Origin: Candidatus Velthaea sp.
Lineage (GTDB): Bacteria > Vulcanimicrobiota > Vulcanimicrobiia > Vulcanimicrobiales > Vulcanimicrobiaceae
Direction of reading: 5' to 3'
NCBI GenBank assembly: GCA_965214935.1
Contig: CBDCCS010000010.1
Coordinates: 96,001-160,000 of the forward strand
Length of the DNA stretch: 64,000 bases
Shown here: in pieces, positions 54,658 through 64,000 of the stretch
How the letters are laid out: every line of letters starts with the position of its first letter
How positions within the stretch are numbered: the stretch's first letter is position 1
The notes under the pieces: model-generated
Databases searched by the model: none
What the model saw: the letters and a program-made list of their open reading frames with translations, nothing else
Told to the model about the DNA's origin: nothing
Made by a program: the position numbers and the translations under genes

Positions 54658-57600
54658 ATGCCTTACCGATGGACGTTGTTATGGTCGTGCGTTTGCATTG
54701 CATTGAGCGCAACGGTCAGCGTACCAGCGCCGGCCGCACCGGTGGCGACGTTCGCTGCACTGCAGTGGCGTCTCGTCGGTCCGTTCCGCGGCGGCTGGAG
54801 CGAGATGGTCGCCGGAATACCCGACCGGCCGGATCGCTTCTATTTCGGCGCTGCCGGCGGCGGCGTTTGGCGCACGGACAATGCCGGACGTACGTGGACG
54901 CCGGTCTTCAATACCGGTCCGGCGGCGGTCGGCGCAATTGCGATTGCGCCGTCCGATCCGGCGACGATTTACATCGGCACCGGCCAGCCCGAACCGCGTT
55001 ACGACGTCGCGGGCGGCGCCGGCGTCTTCCGAACAACGGACGGCGGAACGACGTGGAAAGCACTCGGATTGCGCGACACGCGGCACATCGGACGGATCTT
55101 CATCGACCCGGCAAATCCCAATATCGTCGTCGTTGCGGCGCTAGGTCACTTGTTCGGACCGAATGCGGAGCGCGGCGTGTTTCGATCCGCCGACGGCGGC
55201 GCAACGTGGACGCACGTTCTAGATCCCGGGGCGCAAACCGGTGCCGTCGACCTGACGGCCGATCCCGCCGACGCACGGACGATGTTTGCAGCGACCTGGC
55301 AAGCGCGGCAATATCCGTGGCAGAGTTATTTCACGCCGATTGCGGGGCCGGGCAGCGGGATCTATAAGTCGGTCGACGGCGGCCGGAGTTGGAACCGGCT
55401 GAGCGGCAACGGCTGGCCGACCGGCGATCTCGGACGAATCAGCCTCGCTGCAACACGGATCGCCGGTGGTCTGCGCGTTTATGCCGTTATCTCGGCCGCT
55501 GCAGCCGGCGGTTTGTACCGCTCCGATGACGGCGGCATGCATTGGGTGCGCGTCAACGCCGATCCGTCATTCACCAACTATTATGCCAGCCGCGTCAGCG
55601 TCGCACCGGACGACGCAAACGTGGTGTACTTGGTCGGCCAATCGGTTCGCCGCTGCACGAATGGCGGAGCGGCCTGCACGATCATCAAAGGCGCGCCCGG
55701 CGGCGATGATTATCACGGCGTCTGGATCAATCCGCTGCACCCCGATCACCTGGCAACGGTCAGCGACCAAGGCACTGCCGTTAGCGTCGACGGCGGTCGT
55801 AGCTGGTCGAGTTGGTACAATCAGCCGACGGGCCAGTTCTACCATCTGGCCACCGACCAGCGATTTCCTTATACGATTTATGCCGGTCAACAAGATAGCG
55901 GAACCGTTGCGATCCGCAGCCGGAGTGACTACGGCTCGATCGGATACCGGGACTGGCATTCCGTCGGCGGCGACGAGCGCGATTACGACATCCCCGATCC
56001 AGCCGATCCGACGATCGTCTACGGCAGCGGTCTCGGCGGTGCGGTTACGCGATTCGACGGCAGGACGGGCGACGTCAGCGCCATCGGTCCCGATCTCGAG
56101 CCGAATTACGGCCGGCGTCAAACGACGACGGAACACCACTTCGTTTGGGTGACGCCCATCGCCGTATCGCAGCGTGGACCGGCTACGCTATATCTCGGCG
56201 GTGAGGTGCTGTTCGCTTCGACCGACCGCGGTAGGCACTGGTCGGCGATTAGTCCCGACTTAACCGGAAAAAAACCGGGCGCCCGCGATTGCGCGGCGCG
56301 AGCCGTCGCGATCGCGGCGGCCAAAGCGTGCGGCTACGGGGCCATTTGGAGTCTTGCCGTGTCGCCGCGGCATGCCGGTGAGATCTGGGCCGGGACCGAC
56401 GACGGGCTCGTGCAACTTAGCCGCGATTCGGGCCGGCATTGGCGCAACGTCACCCCGCGCGGCATACCGGCCTGGGCGAAGATTGCAACCATCGACGTGT
56501 CTGCGCTGCACGACGGTGTGGCCTATGCCGCGGTCGATAATCAACGTCAAGACGACGTGGCACCGTATATCTACAAAACGCGTGACTACGGCACGACCTG
56601 GCAGAATGCGACGGGCAATTTGCCCGCCGATCACTTCGTGAGCGTCGTGCGTGCCGATCCGGTTCGCGCCGGTCTCTTGTATGCCGGCACCGAGACCGGC
56701 GTTTTCGCGTCGTTCGACGACGGCCGGCGATGGACGCCGCTGCAACAAAACTTGCCCCTCGCATGGGTGCGCGATCTGCTCGTGCATGGCGACGATCTCA
56801 TCGCCGCAACGCAAGGCCGGGCCATCTGGGTCCTCGACGATATCCGCCCGCTACGCGCGTTACCGAGCGCCGCTGCTCTGCGCGCGACGCGGCTGTTCTC
56901 ACCGGCGCCGGCGATCCGCGTGCGGCCGAACAACAATCGCGATACGCCGCTGCCGTCCGACGAGCCGGCCGGGGAGAATCCGCCCCCCGGTGCCATCATC
57001 GATTATACGCTCGCCGCGCCGGCGCGCGATCGCGTAGCGATCGAGATTCGCGACCGCGAACAACGATTGGTGCAACGCCTAACGAGCGACGCGGCGCCGT
57101 CGCCGCACGCCGACGTATACTTCAGCTCGGCATGGTTACAACCGGCCGTGCCGCTCTCGCGGGCCGTGGGCTTTCACCGCGTGACTTGGAATTTACGCTA
57201 CACGCGACCGCCCGCAATCGACAGCGAGTACTCTATCGCCGCGATCGCCGGCCGGGACACACCGGTTCAGCCGGGCGGCGCATTCGTGCTGCCCGGAAGC
57301 TACACGGTCGTTCTGCGGGTTGACGGCCGGACATATCGCGCGCCGCTCCTGGTTCGCGCCGATCCGCGCAGGGCGTTATCGCGCGCCGCGCTAGTTGCTT
57401 CACTCCGTCTGTCGCAGCGCATCGGCACGTGCTTAGCGCGTGCCGATCGTGGAGACGTGCAGTCTGCGGCAGCGCGTGACGCGCTTGTCGGCTTGCTTGC
57501 AAAACTGCGGCCGGTTCAACCATCACCGCTACGGCGCGACGTCGGCGGCTTGCTGGCAAAGTTGACCCCGGCACCGCGCGCTGCGTTCGCGTCGGCGAGC

Positions 57601-57801
57601 GCGCTGCTTACGTCGATCGAGTCGAACCTGGAAGGCAGCGATGCGGCACCAACTGCGCCCCAAGAGCTGGCTGCCGCCCAAGCGATGGTGCAAATCGATC
57701 GGCTCTGGCAGCACTGGACGCACCTGCGCGATCACGACCTGCGGCGACTCGATCGCCGGCTACGCTCAGCCGGTATGTCGCCGGTCGTTGCCGCGCGGTA
57801 G
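54658..57801 (+). CDS. Secreted VPS10/sortilin-like BNR-repeat beta-propeller protein (second paralogue)
   Basis: Signal peptide; WRLVGPFRGG, Asp-boxes, NQPTGQFYH, ATQGRAIWVLDD; start uncertain (54610-54670). Confidence 0.85.
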   Translation: MPYRWTLLWSCVCIALSATVSVPAPAAPVATFAALQWRLVGPFRGGWSEMVAGIPDRPDRFYFGAAGGGVWRTDNAGRTWTPVFNTGPAAVGAIAIAPSDPATIYIGTGQPEPRYDVAGGAGVFRTTDGGTTWKALGLRDTRHIGRIFIDPANPNIVVVAALGHLFGPNAERGVFRSADGGATWTHVLDPGAQTGAVDLTADPADARTMFAATWQARQYPWQSYFTPIAGPGSGIYKSVDGGRSWNRLSGNGWPTGDLGRISLAATRIAGGLRVYAVISAAAAGGLYRSDDGGMHWVRVNADPSFTNYYASRVSVAPDDANVVYLVGQSVRRCTNGGAACTIIKGAPGGDDYHGVWINPLHPDHLATVSDQGTAVSVDGGRSWSSWYNQPTGQFYHLATDQRFPYTIYAGQQDSGTVAIRSRSDYGSIGYRDWHSVGGDERDYDIPDPADPTIVYGSGLGGAVTRFDGRTGDVSAIGPDLEPNYGRRQTTTEHHFVWVTPIAVSQRGPATLYLGGEVLFASTDRGRHWSAISPDLTGKKPGARDCAARAVAIAAAKACGYGAIWSLAVSPRHAGEIWAGTDDGLVQLSRDSGRHWRNVTPRGIPAWAKIATIDVSALHDGVAYAAVDNQRQDDVAPYIYKTRDYGTTWQNATGNLPADHFVSVVRADPVRAGLLYAGTETGVFASFDDGRRWTPLQQNLPLAWVRDLLVHGDDLIAATQGRAIWVLDDIRPLRALPSAAALRATRLFSPAPAIRVRPNNNRDTPLPSDEPAGENPPPGAIIDYTLAAPARDRVAIEIRDREQRLVQRLTSDAAPSPHADVYFSSAWLQPAVPLSRAVGFHRVTWNLRYTRPPAIDSEYSIAAIAGRDTPVQPGGAFVLPGSYTVVLRVDGRTYRAPLLVRADPRRALSRAALVASLRLSQRIGTCLARADRGDVQSAAARDALVGLLAKLRPVQPSPLRRDVGGLLAKLTPAPRAAFASASALLTSIESNLEGSDAAPTAPQELAAAQAMVQIDRLWQHWTHLRDHDLRRLDRRLRSAGMSPVVAAR

Positions 57802-58461
57802 CGTTGCTTGCAAACCGTAGGCTTTGGCGGTATCTCGAATGAGCTGACTGAGAACGAGATGATAATTTGCATCGGCCGCGGGTCCGAGATCCGAGGCATC
57901 GATATCGTTCATAACCGCAACATGGACGATATGTGAAATGAGCCGATCGAGCATCACTTCAACGTCGTAGCGGCGGCCGGACTCGATCCCGGCGCTGTAA
58001 AGCGCAGCGGCCAGCGCTTTTGCGTCATGCGGATCGGGCAGCGGCGTCGCCGGCAAGGTCATACCGGCTCGTGCCGCTTGCGCCAGCGCGTCGGTAATGA
58101 CGTAGTTAAAGGTCTTGTTGAACGATGTAAGGTTTTCAGCGCCGAATTTCTTTAATAGCGCGGCACGTTCGCTTGTGCCGAAGGTACCGTTGCCGGTCAG
58201 ATTGCCGACGGCCGTATCGGCGTCGAACGCTGCCGGACCACCGCCCGCAGCGACCAGTGCAATCGCCAGCGCGAGATTCGGCGGACCCAAATCGATCGGA
58301 ACGTACGAGAAGCGGCCATGCGCGCGTGACACCGTCGACGTGCTTGGGGCCGGCGACTGATGCACCGGCATGCCCGGCATAATTTGGGCGGTCGCCTCGC
58401 CGGCACACCCGAGCAAAAACGATACGACTATTGCGATGGTCCGGCAAACAGAGTGTGACGT
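57766..58461 (-). CDS. Conserved-looking exported hypothetical protein with His-rich C-terminal helices
   Basis: Signal-like TIAIVVSFLLGCAGEATA; LVAAGGG, ISHIVHVAVMNDID, ADANYH; no canonical start, ACG at 58461 follows GGAG. Confidence 0.65.
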   Translation of the reverse strand, partial: TSHSVCRTIAIVVSFLLGCAGEATAQIMPGMPVHQSPAPSTSTVSRAHGRFSYVPIDLGPPNLALAIALVAAGGGPAAFDADTAVGNLTGNGTFGTSERAALLKKFGAENLTSFNKTFNYVITDALAQAARAGMTLPATPLPDPHDAKALAAALYSAGIESGRRYDVEVMLDRLISHIVHVAVMNDIDASDLGPAADANYHLVLSQLIRDTAKAYGLQATLPRGNDRRHTG

Positions 58462-58557
58462 GCGATCTTCTCCAAGGCAAATGGCCGTTCGTACCGCACG
58501 CGTCCGCGCGCCGACGTTCCGATGAGCTTCACGGCGATTGCCGAAGTTTCGGCGGCG

Positions 58558-58998
58558 ATGATGCGACTTCTTGGACTCGATCACGCCGATATCCGCGTGA
58601 GTTCGCTCGCCGACGTCGAGGCATTTTACGATGCGTTGTTGCCCGCGCTGGGTCTTTTGCGCAAAGTCCGCTCGCATGTCGCCGCCGACGGCGAATGGTA
58701 TCCCGCCGACGAGCGCCGGCCGCCCAACGCAATCGAGTACATGACGCCGGTCGAAGCCGGTGCGCCGGGCTGGTTCATCGGCTTTATCGAGGCGCGGTCG
58801 ATGCCGTCGCTGAGCCGTATTGCTCTGCGGCTGGACGAGGAAAGCGCACTGCCCGCCGTCCATGCACTGCTGACGCAGTGCGGCGCGCGCAATATCGAGT
58901 GGTCGACGTCGAGCGATTATCCGGCGGTCTTTTTCGAGGATCCGGCCGGAACGCGGCTTGAGATCTGCGCTCGGCGACCGAGCGGGTTGCATTCATGA
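58558..58998 (+). CDS. VOC family protein
   Basis: LDHADIRVSSL...AFYDALL, RIAL, AVFFEDPAGTRLEIC. Confidence 0.8.
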   Translation: MMRLLGLDHADIRVSSLADVEAFYDALLPALGLLRKVRSHVAADGEWYPADERRPPNAIEYMTPVEAGAPGWFIGFIEARSMPSLSRIALRLDEESALPAVHALLTQCGARNIEWSTSSDYPAVFFEDPAGTRLEICARRPSGLHS

Positions 58999-59015
58999 CG
59001 TCGGAACTACCGTCG

Positions 59016-60274
59016 TCATAAGCGAAACGTATCCCGCACGTACGGCGTAAAACCGCTTGCCGCATCGCGTTCGCCGATCGAAAACGTTTCGTCAAGCTCG
59101 TGCTGATGTTCGAAGGCGGTCAGCTCGAGCGGCAATGCCGCTCGCGGCCGCACGTAGGCGAGCTCGACGATCGGCAGGTCGCGCACGATCGAACGCACGT
59201 CCGACGACGTGCTCTGCGTTACGATGGTGCGGGTGAGGTTGAGCCCGTGCAGGGATCGGTTTGTTATCGATTCTTCGTACACATCGCGCATCGCGACTTC
59301 GAGTATTCACGCTGCATGATCGCATATGCGCCGACGGCGACGGCGATTGCATTGGCATAAGTCGTACGGCTGCTGGGTGCATCGACGAGGACGATGTGGA
59401 TGGCTCTCGCGACCGTGCGTGCGATTTCCACGATTGCGTTACTTGCAATCGAACCGTCGACGTACATCCCGCTGCTGCCGTCCGCCATCGGCATCGTGAC
59501 CGGATCGAACACGAGCGGGATAGCCGCGGACGCCAGCAGCGCGCGATGGAGCAGGCCATCCGAAGCTTCACGAATTTGGACGTTATCACCCAGCGTCACG
59601 CGCAGCGCGCGTTCCATCCGCGCCGGAATTCGCCCGGCCAGAGAAGGCGGCAACCGATAGAAGTATTCCGCTCGCTGCGTCGTTAGATTCGTCGTGACCC
59701 ATACCAGCGGCGTTAGCACCGGCGTCTGCGGATCGATGTGTTTCGCTAACCAGCGCAGCATCGGCTCGCTGCGCGCGATGCCGAGCTCGTGCGTCGTCAG
59801 ACCGGAGACCAGTCGCGACGCCGCGTACGCGCGTTCGAGCACGAATTGCCGCGGATGCATGAGCGGCCGGTACGAACGCTTGATCTCAAAGACGTTTTCA
59901 CGGGCGATCGTACCCCACGCCTTGCGCAACGCCGCGTACTGCCCCGTCGCGACGAACCATGCGTTGATGGCGCCGATCGACGTTCCACAAACGAGCCCAT
60001 ACGGCAGTAGTTGCTGGCCGTCGGACCGTGCGGCCAGTCGAGCCAGCGCGCAGATGAGGCCGCCTTGGTAGGCTCCGCGCGCGCCGCCGCCGCTCAGGAC
60101 GAGCGCATGCGACACGAGCCGGTCGGGCGCGATATGCGAAGCGTTACCGGTCGTTGCGCCCGCCGGAGCCAGCGTCGTTCCGACAAGCGCGGCAGCACGC
60201 GCCAGAAACGCGCGCCGGTCGACATGGATCATACGGTCACCGCGTTGCGCTGAGGGGGCATCGGCGTTCGTCAT
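59016..60274 (-). pseudogene. Patatin-like phospholipase with Tat-like signal; 1-nt frameshift near 59306
   Basis: RRAFL, LSGGGARGAY, GTSIG, ASAAIP, DGS; C-terminal part continues in another frame (59016-59291). Confidence 0.75.
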
Positions 60275-61281
60275 GCCGGTTGCAATTCCGGCGGCAAGCC
60301 GATGCGTGCTACGGCGATGACCCGGTCTGCGGCGCCGTAATAGACATCGAGCTTGCCGTCGGGCCGCTCGTCGATCGCCGATGGAAACACGACCGTCGAC
60401 GTGAGACCGAGTCGCTCGTAAGCAGCCTGCGGCTCGAGAATCGGCAACGGCGTCCGGTACAACACGCGATTCGGTCGCTCGGCGTCGAGCACGGCAGCGC
60501 CCATCGAGTAATTGAGTTGTCCATCGACGTTCGATACGCCGTGATATGTCAACAGCCAGCCGGCCGCAATTCGTACCGGCGGCGCACCGCCGCCTAACTT
60601 AATAGCTTCCCACGGCTCCTTCGGAAGCAACAGCCGTTCGTGCCGGCGCACGTTCACGAGATTCGCAACGTTCGTTTTGACGGCGTCGACGGGCACGTAC
60701 GAAATCCAGATCGCCTCGCGCGTATCGTTACCGCGCGGCGGCATGATCAGTTCTTTATTGCCCAGCCGAATACGCACGCGGGCGGTCGGACGGTGCAAAA
60801 TCGCAAGCGACGGAACGCCTTGCGGATCGAGCACCGGCGCCGGAAAGAACGAAGCATCTTTATTACCGATGAGTTCGGGGACGCGGGCATTGCGTTCGAT
60901 TTCGTAGCGTAAGACACCCAGGCGCTCCCAGGCGTGTAGATCGGTCGATACGGCGACCGCGATTTTCGGTTCGTAGGGAACAAAGGCGGTATACGTCATC
61001 ACGTAGCGCTCGATGAGCGGTACGTACACGACGCGCGCATCTTCAACGCCGCCGCCGCCGGCGCTAACTTCGTACGATTCCTGCGGTTCGAGCGCAACGC
61101 CCAGCCGCTCGACGCTCGCGGGTGTGTCTCCGACAAAGTTCACGCGAGCGTGACCGATACGCGAATAGTTGCCTTCCGCGACGAGTCGCGGAAAGAGATG
61201 CATCGAGCCGTCCGAACCGCTCACGCCGCCGGGATTGAGAACGCCCCAAGCCTCGTGCGGCTCGCCCTCTTTCGGCGACAT
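60271..61281 (-). CDS. GH130-like glycosidase/phosphorylase (true start probably upstream of 61281)
   Basis: GVLNP, GVEDARV, NKD, ILHRP, WLLTYHGV, VVFPSA, YYGAAD. Confidence 0.85.
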   Translation of the reverse strand: MSPKEGEPHEAWGVLNPGGVSGSDGSMHLFPRLVAEGNYSRIGHARVNFVGDTPASVERLGVALEPQESYEVSAGGGGVEDARVVYVPLIERYVMTYTAFVPYEPKIAVAVSTDLHAWERLGVLRYEIERNARVPELIGNKDASFFPAPVLDPQGVPSLAILHRPTARVRIRLGNKELIMPPRGNDTREAIWISYVPVDAVKTNVANLVNVRRHERLLLPKEPWEAIKLGGGAPPVRIAAGWLLTYHGVSNVDGQLNYSMGAAVLDAERPNRVLYRTPLPILEPQAAYERLGLTSTVVFPSAIDERPDGKLDVYYGAADRVIAVARIGLPPELQPA

Positions 61282-61388
61282 GATCGGTCCAAGCCGGGTA
61301 ACGCTGAAATCAAGGCCGGCAGATCGCGTATTGAAGCCGGCCGTTCGGCGATGAGCGCGTGCCGACGTGACCTTCTGCCAGAGGGTGG

Positions 61389-64000
61389 CTATGGGTGTGT
61401 GCCCGCGACTGCCGGTTTCGCTGCTTGAGCCGGGACGATCCGTCCGAACGAGCGGCGCAATCGCGCCCCGAACTCATCGATGATGATATACATGGCGGGC
61501 ACGACCACGAGGTTGACGACCGTCGAAACGAGCATGCCGCCGATAACGGCGGTACCCAACGAGTGACGGCTGGCGGACCCCGCCCCGCTGGCGAAAACCA
61601 GCGGCAATAGACCGGCGATGAAAGCAATCGAGGTCATCAGGATCGGACGCAATCGTGTCTGCGCCGCGGCAACGACCGCCGCCTGAGGCGACTTGCCCGT
61701 CGTGCGCTGCTGAATGGAAAACTCGACGATGAGGATCGCGTTCTTGGCGGCCAGCCCGATGAGCATGACGAAACCGATCTGCGCGTAGACGTCGCTCGTG
61801 ATGTGCGTGAGCAGCAAAAAGCCGACGGCTCCGAGCAATGCCGCGGGCACCGAGAGCAAAATTACGAACGGATCGCCCAGATTCTCGTAGAGCGCGGCAA
61901 GAACGAGATACACGATCACGAGTGCGATCGTAAAAATCAAGAGCGCGGCAGTCCCCGATTGCGTCTCGTCGAGCGAGATACCGGTCCACGCATAGTGATA
62001 ACGCGATGCGTCGAGGTGCGTCGTGAGTTTCTCCATCGCCGCAATCGCTTGTCCGGTGCTTTTTCCCGGCGCCTGACTTCCCTGAATTTCGACCGATCGA
62101 TATAAATTGTAGTGCGTGATCGCGGGCGAGCCGATACCGCGCGAAACGTTGACCAGGCTGGCGAGCGGTATGGTCGCCGCGCCCGAGCCGATCGATGCTG
62201 CGGTTGTGGTCGCGGTGCTCGAACCCAGCAACCGCGGCAGCGTGCCCGCCGGCGTACCGGCCGATAGATTCGGGACGAAGACGCCGCTGACATCAAGGGC
62301 GTCTTTGCGATACGGCGCATCGTTTTGCACGTACACGCGATACGTTCGGTTCAGGTACGTAAAATTATTGACGTACGTGCTGCCCAGCGCTGTCGATAGA
62401 TCGCTGAAGACGTCGGGAATTTTGGCGCCGAGCTGTTCGACTTCGGAGCGGTTCACGACGGCATTGATCTGCGGACCGTTCGCGCGAAACGTCGTGTACA
62501 CACGTGCGAGATTCGGATCGCCGTTTGCCGCGCCGATGAGTGCGCCGCTTGCCGCGCCGAGTTCGCTCAGTGGTCCGGATTGATAATCTTCAAGCTCGAA
62601 GTCGAAGCCGCCGCTGGTTCCAAGACCTTGAATCGACGGCGGATTGATCAGTACGACCGAGGCTTTCGCAATCTGCATTGCCGCGGGAGTCAGCGCCTCA
62701 ATAATGCCTGGCGCGGAGTTCGGCGAGCCTTTGCGCTCGCCCCACGGTTTAAGCAGGATGAAAACGATGGCTTGATTCGTTGCCGCACCGTTAAACGAAT
62801 AGCCGCCGACGGCGAAAACATGCGCGACGTTCGGATTGCGAAATGCTTGGCTTTCGAGTTGCGTGATAGCAGCGTTGGTGACATTGAGCGAAGCACCGTC
62901 CGGCGCTTGCAGCGCCGCAAAAATCGCGCCTTGGTCCTCGTCCGGCAAAAAACCGCTGGGCGTCGCTTTGAACAGCACGAACGTCAACACGAGTAAGACC
63001 GCAAGCCCGCCGGCGACGAGGTACCGCAAGCGCACGACGGCGGTCAGCAAGCTGCCGTAAGCGGACGTGAGCCAGGCCAGTCCGTCGTTGAATTTGCGGA
63101 AGAGGATGAAGCGCGGTTGCTCTTCACCGCCCATGACCAATGACGCCAGCGCCGGAGTCAAGGTTAAAGCGAGTATCGCCGACAGTGCAATCGAAAAGGC
63201 TATCGTCAAGGCGAACTGCTTATAAATAGCGCCGGTTACACCGGGCACGAGCGCTGTCGGTATGAAGACCGCGAGCAGCACGACCGACGTCGCAATGACG
63301 GCGCCAACGATCTCATCGAGTCCTTTAACCGTCGATTCCCGCCGGTTTTGTGAAGCGTCCGCTTCACGCATCACGCGGGCGATGTTTTCGATCACCACGA
63401 TTGCGTCGTCGACCACCAGACCCGTCGCGAGCGTCAGCCCGAAGAGGACCAGCGTGTTGATCGAAAAGCCGAACGCCCAGACAAACATGAACGTGCCGAG
63501 CAGCGATATCGGAATGGTAATAACCGGAATGAGCGTCGTGCGCCAGTCTTGGAGAAACAGAAAAATCGTTGCAACCACCAGCGCGATTGCGATGAGCAGC
63601 GTGATGATTACCTCACGCAGCGATTCGCTGACGAAGAGGGTGGTGTCGTAAGGAACGCTGTAATCGACGCCCGCCGGAAACGTCGGCTTGAGGCGGTCGA
63701 GCGTCGCACGCACGCCGCCGGCAACGGCGATGGCGTTGGCACCGGAGTTGAGTTGGATGCCGATGCCCAGCGCCGTCGTGCGGTCGTATTGCAGCGTCGT
63801 CGTGTAATCTTGCGCCCCAAGCTCGACGCGGGCGACCTGCGAGAGTCGCACGATCGAGCCGCTCGGGCCGTGCTTGACGACGATCGCGCCGAATGAGGCC
63901 GCATCGGCAAGTTGCCCCGGCACATGAACGTTGATGGTGCTGGTTTGCTGCGATGGTCCCGGTTCCGCGCCCACCGAGCCCGCCGAAACCTGGACGTTTT
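61389..64000 (-). CDS. HAE1 RND efflux transporter permease (5' end outside window)
   Basis: LVVDDAIVVIEN, SLA.TLTPAL-type motif, FLPDEDQG, AKNAILIVEF, RLRPILMTS. Confidence 0.95.
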   Translation of the reverse strand, partial: NVQVSAGSVGAEPGPSQQTSTINVHVPGQLADAASFGAIVVKHGPSGSIVRLSQVARVELGAQDYTTTLQYDRTTALGIGIQLNSGANAIAVAGGVRATLDRLKPTFPAGVDYSVPYDTTLFVSESLREVIITLLIAIALVVATIFLFLQDWRTTLIPVITIPISLLGTFMFVWAFGFSINTLVLFGLTLATGLVVDDAIVVIENIARVMREADASQNRRESTVKGLDEIVGAVIATSVVLLAVFIPTALVPGVTGAIYKQFALTIAFSIALSAILALTLTPALASLVMGGEEQPRFILFRKFNDGLAWLTSAYGSLLTAVVRLRYLVAGGLAVLLVLTFVLFKATPSGFLPDEDQGAIFAALQAPDGASLNVTNAAITQLESQAFRNPNVAHVFAVGGYSFNGAATNQAIVFILLKPWGERKGSPNSAPGIIEALTPAAMQIAKASVVLINPPSIQGLGTSGGFDFELEDYQSGPLSELGAASGALIGAANGDPNLARVYTTFRANGPQINAVVNRSEVEQLGAKIPDVFSDLSTALGSTYVNNFTYLNRTYRVYVQNDAPYRKDALDVSGVFVPNLSAGTPAGTLPRLLGSSTATTTAASIGSGAATIPLASLVNVSRGIGSPAITHYNLYRSVEIQGSQAPGKSTGQAIAAMEKLTTHLDASRYHYAWTGISLDETQSGTAALLIFTIALVIVYLVLAALYENLGDPFVILLSVPAALLGAVGFLLLTHITSDVYAQIGFVMLIGLAAKNAILIVEFSIQQRTTGKSPQAAVVAAAQTRLRPILMTSIAFIAGLLPLVFASGAGSASRHSLGTAVIGGMLVSTVVNLVVVPAMYIIIDEFGARLRRSFGRIVPAQAAKPAVAGTHP

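Noticed and set aside
26427..60274. One oxylipin gene cluster linking catalase-like protein, desaturase and patatin
   Set aside because: The genes are more than 10 kb apart with unrelated operons between them, and no lipoxygenase is present; kept only as a loose hypothesis.
1..64000. Hundreds of alternative-frame and antisense ORFs in the track
   Set aside because: Arg/Ala-rich shadow ORFs typical of high-GC DNA; they overlap well-supported genes and show no motifs.
1..64000. CRISPR arrays, tRNA/rRNA genes, IS elements, prophage
   Set aside because: No regularly spaced repeats, cloverleaf, transposase, integrase or phage genes seen by eye; short or degenerate elements could be missed.

Overview
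GC-rich bacterial chromosomal window, densely coding (about 58 CDS). I found no rRNA, tRNA, CRISPR array, transposase or integrase. Gene content (TonB and RND genes together with a GAAC-N4-GTTC LexA box, XRE-STAND regulator, MASE4 kinase, two VPS10/BNR paralogues) suggests a diderm Terrabacteria lineage such as Vulcanimicrobiota/Eremiobacterota; this is inference only. Blocks in order: DUF1810/xth/class I aldolase; an extended otnK-otnC acid-sugar operon; a DUF2760 + two atypical Hsp70 operon; msrA; an MrpA-less Mrp-like cluster with one missing and one extra stop codon; an ECF sigma/ZAS anti-sigma/MscS stress module; a STAND regulator; a three-gene haem operon (duplicated-domain membrane protein, DyP, catalase-related protein); a sugar ABC/Gfo-Idh-MocA/TIM-barrel operon; flavoenzymes; desaturase; udgX; M61 peptidase; a LexA-boxed VOC gene; hybrid kinase; frameshifted patatin; GH130; partial RND pump. 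Best candidates for uncharacterised systems: (1) a possibly GrpE-like, membrane-anchored DUF2760 with twin Hsp70s and no J-protein in the window; (2) the haem triad; (3) a 29-bp duplicated ECF-type promoter, each copy followed 6 nt later by an ATG micro-ORF; (4) an SOS-boxed VOC gene. All product calls come from motif recognition by eye; no database searches were run.
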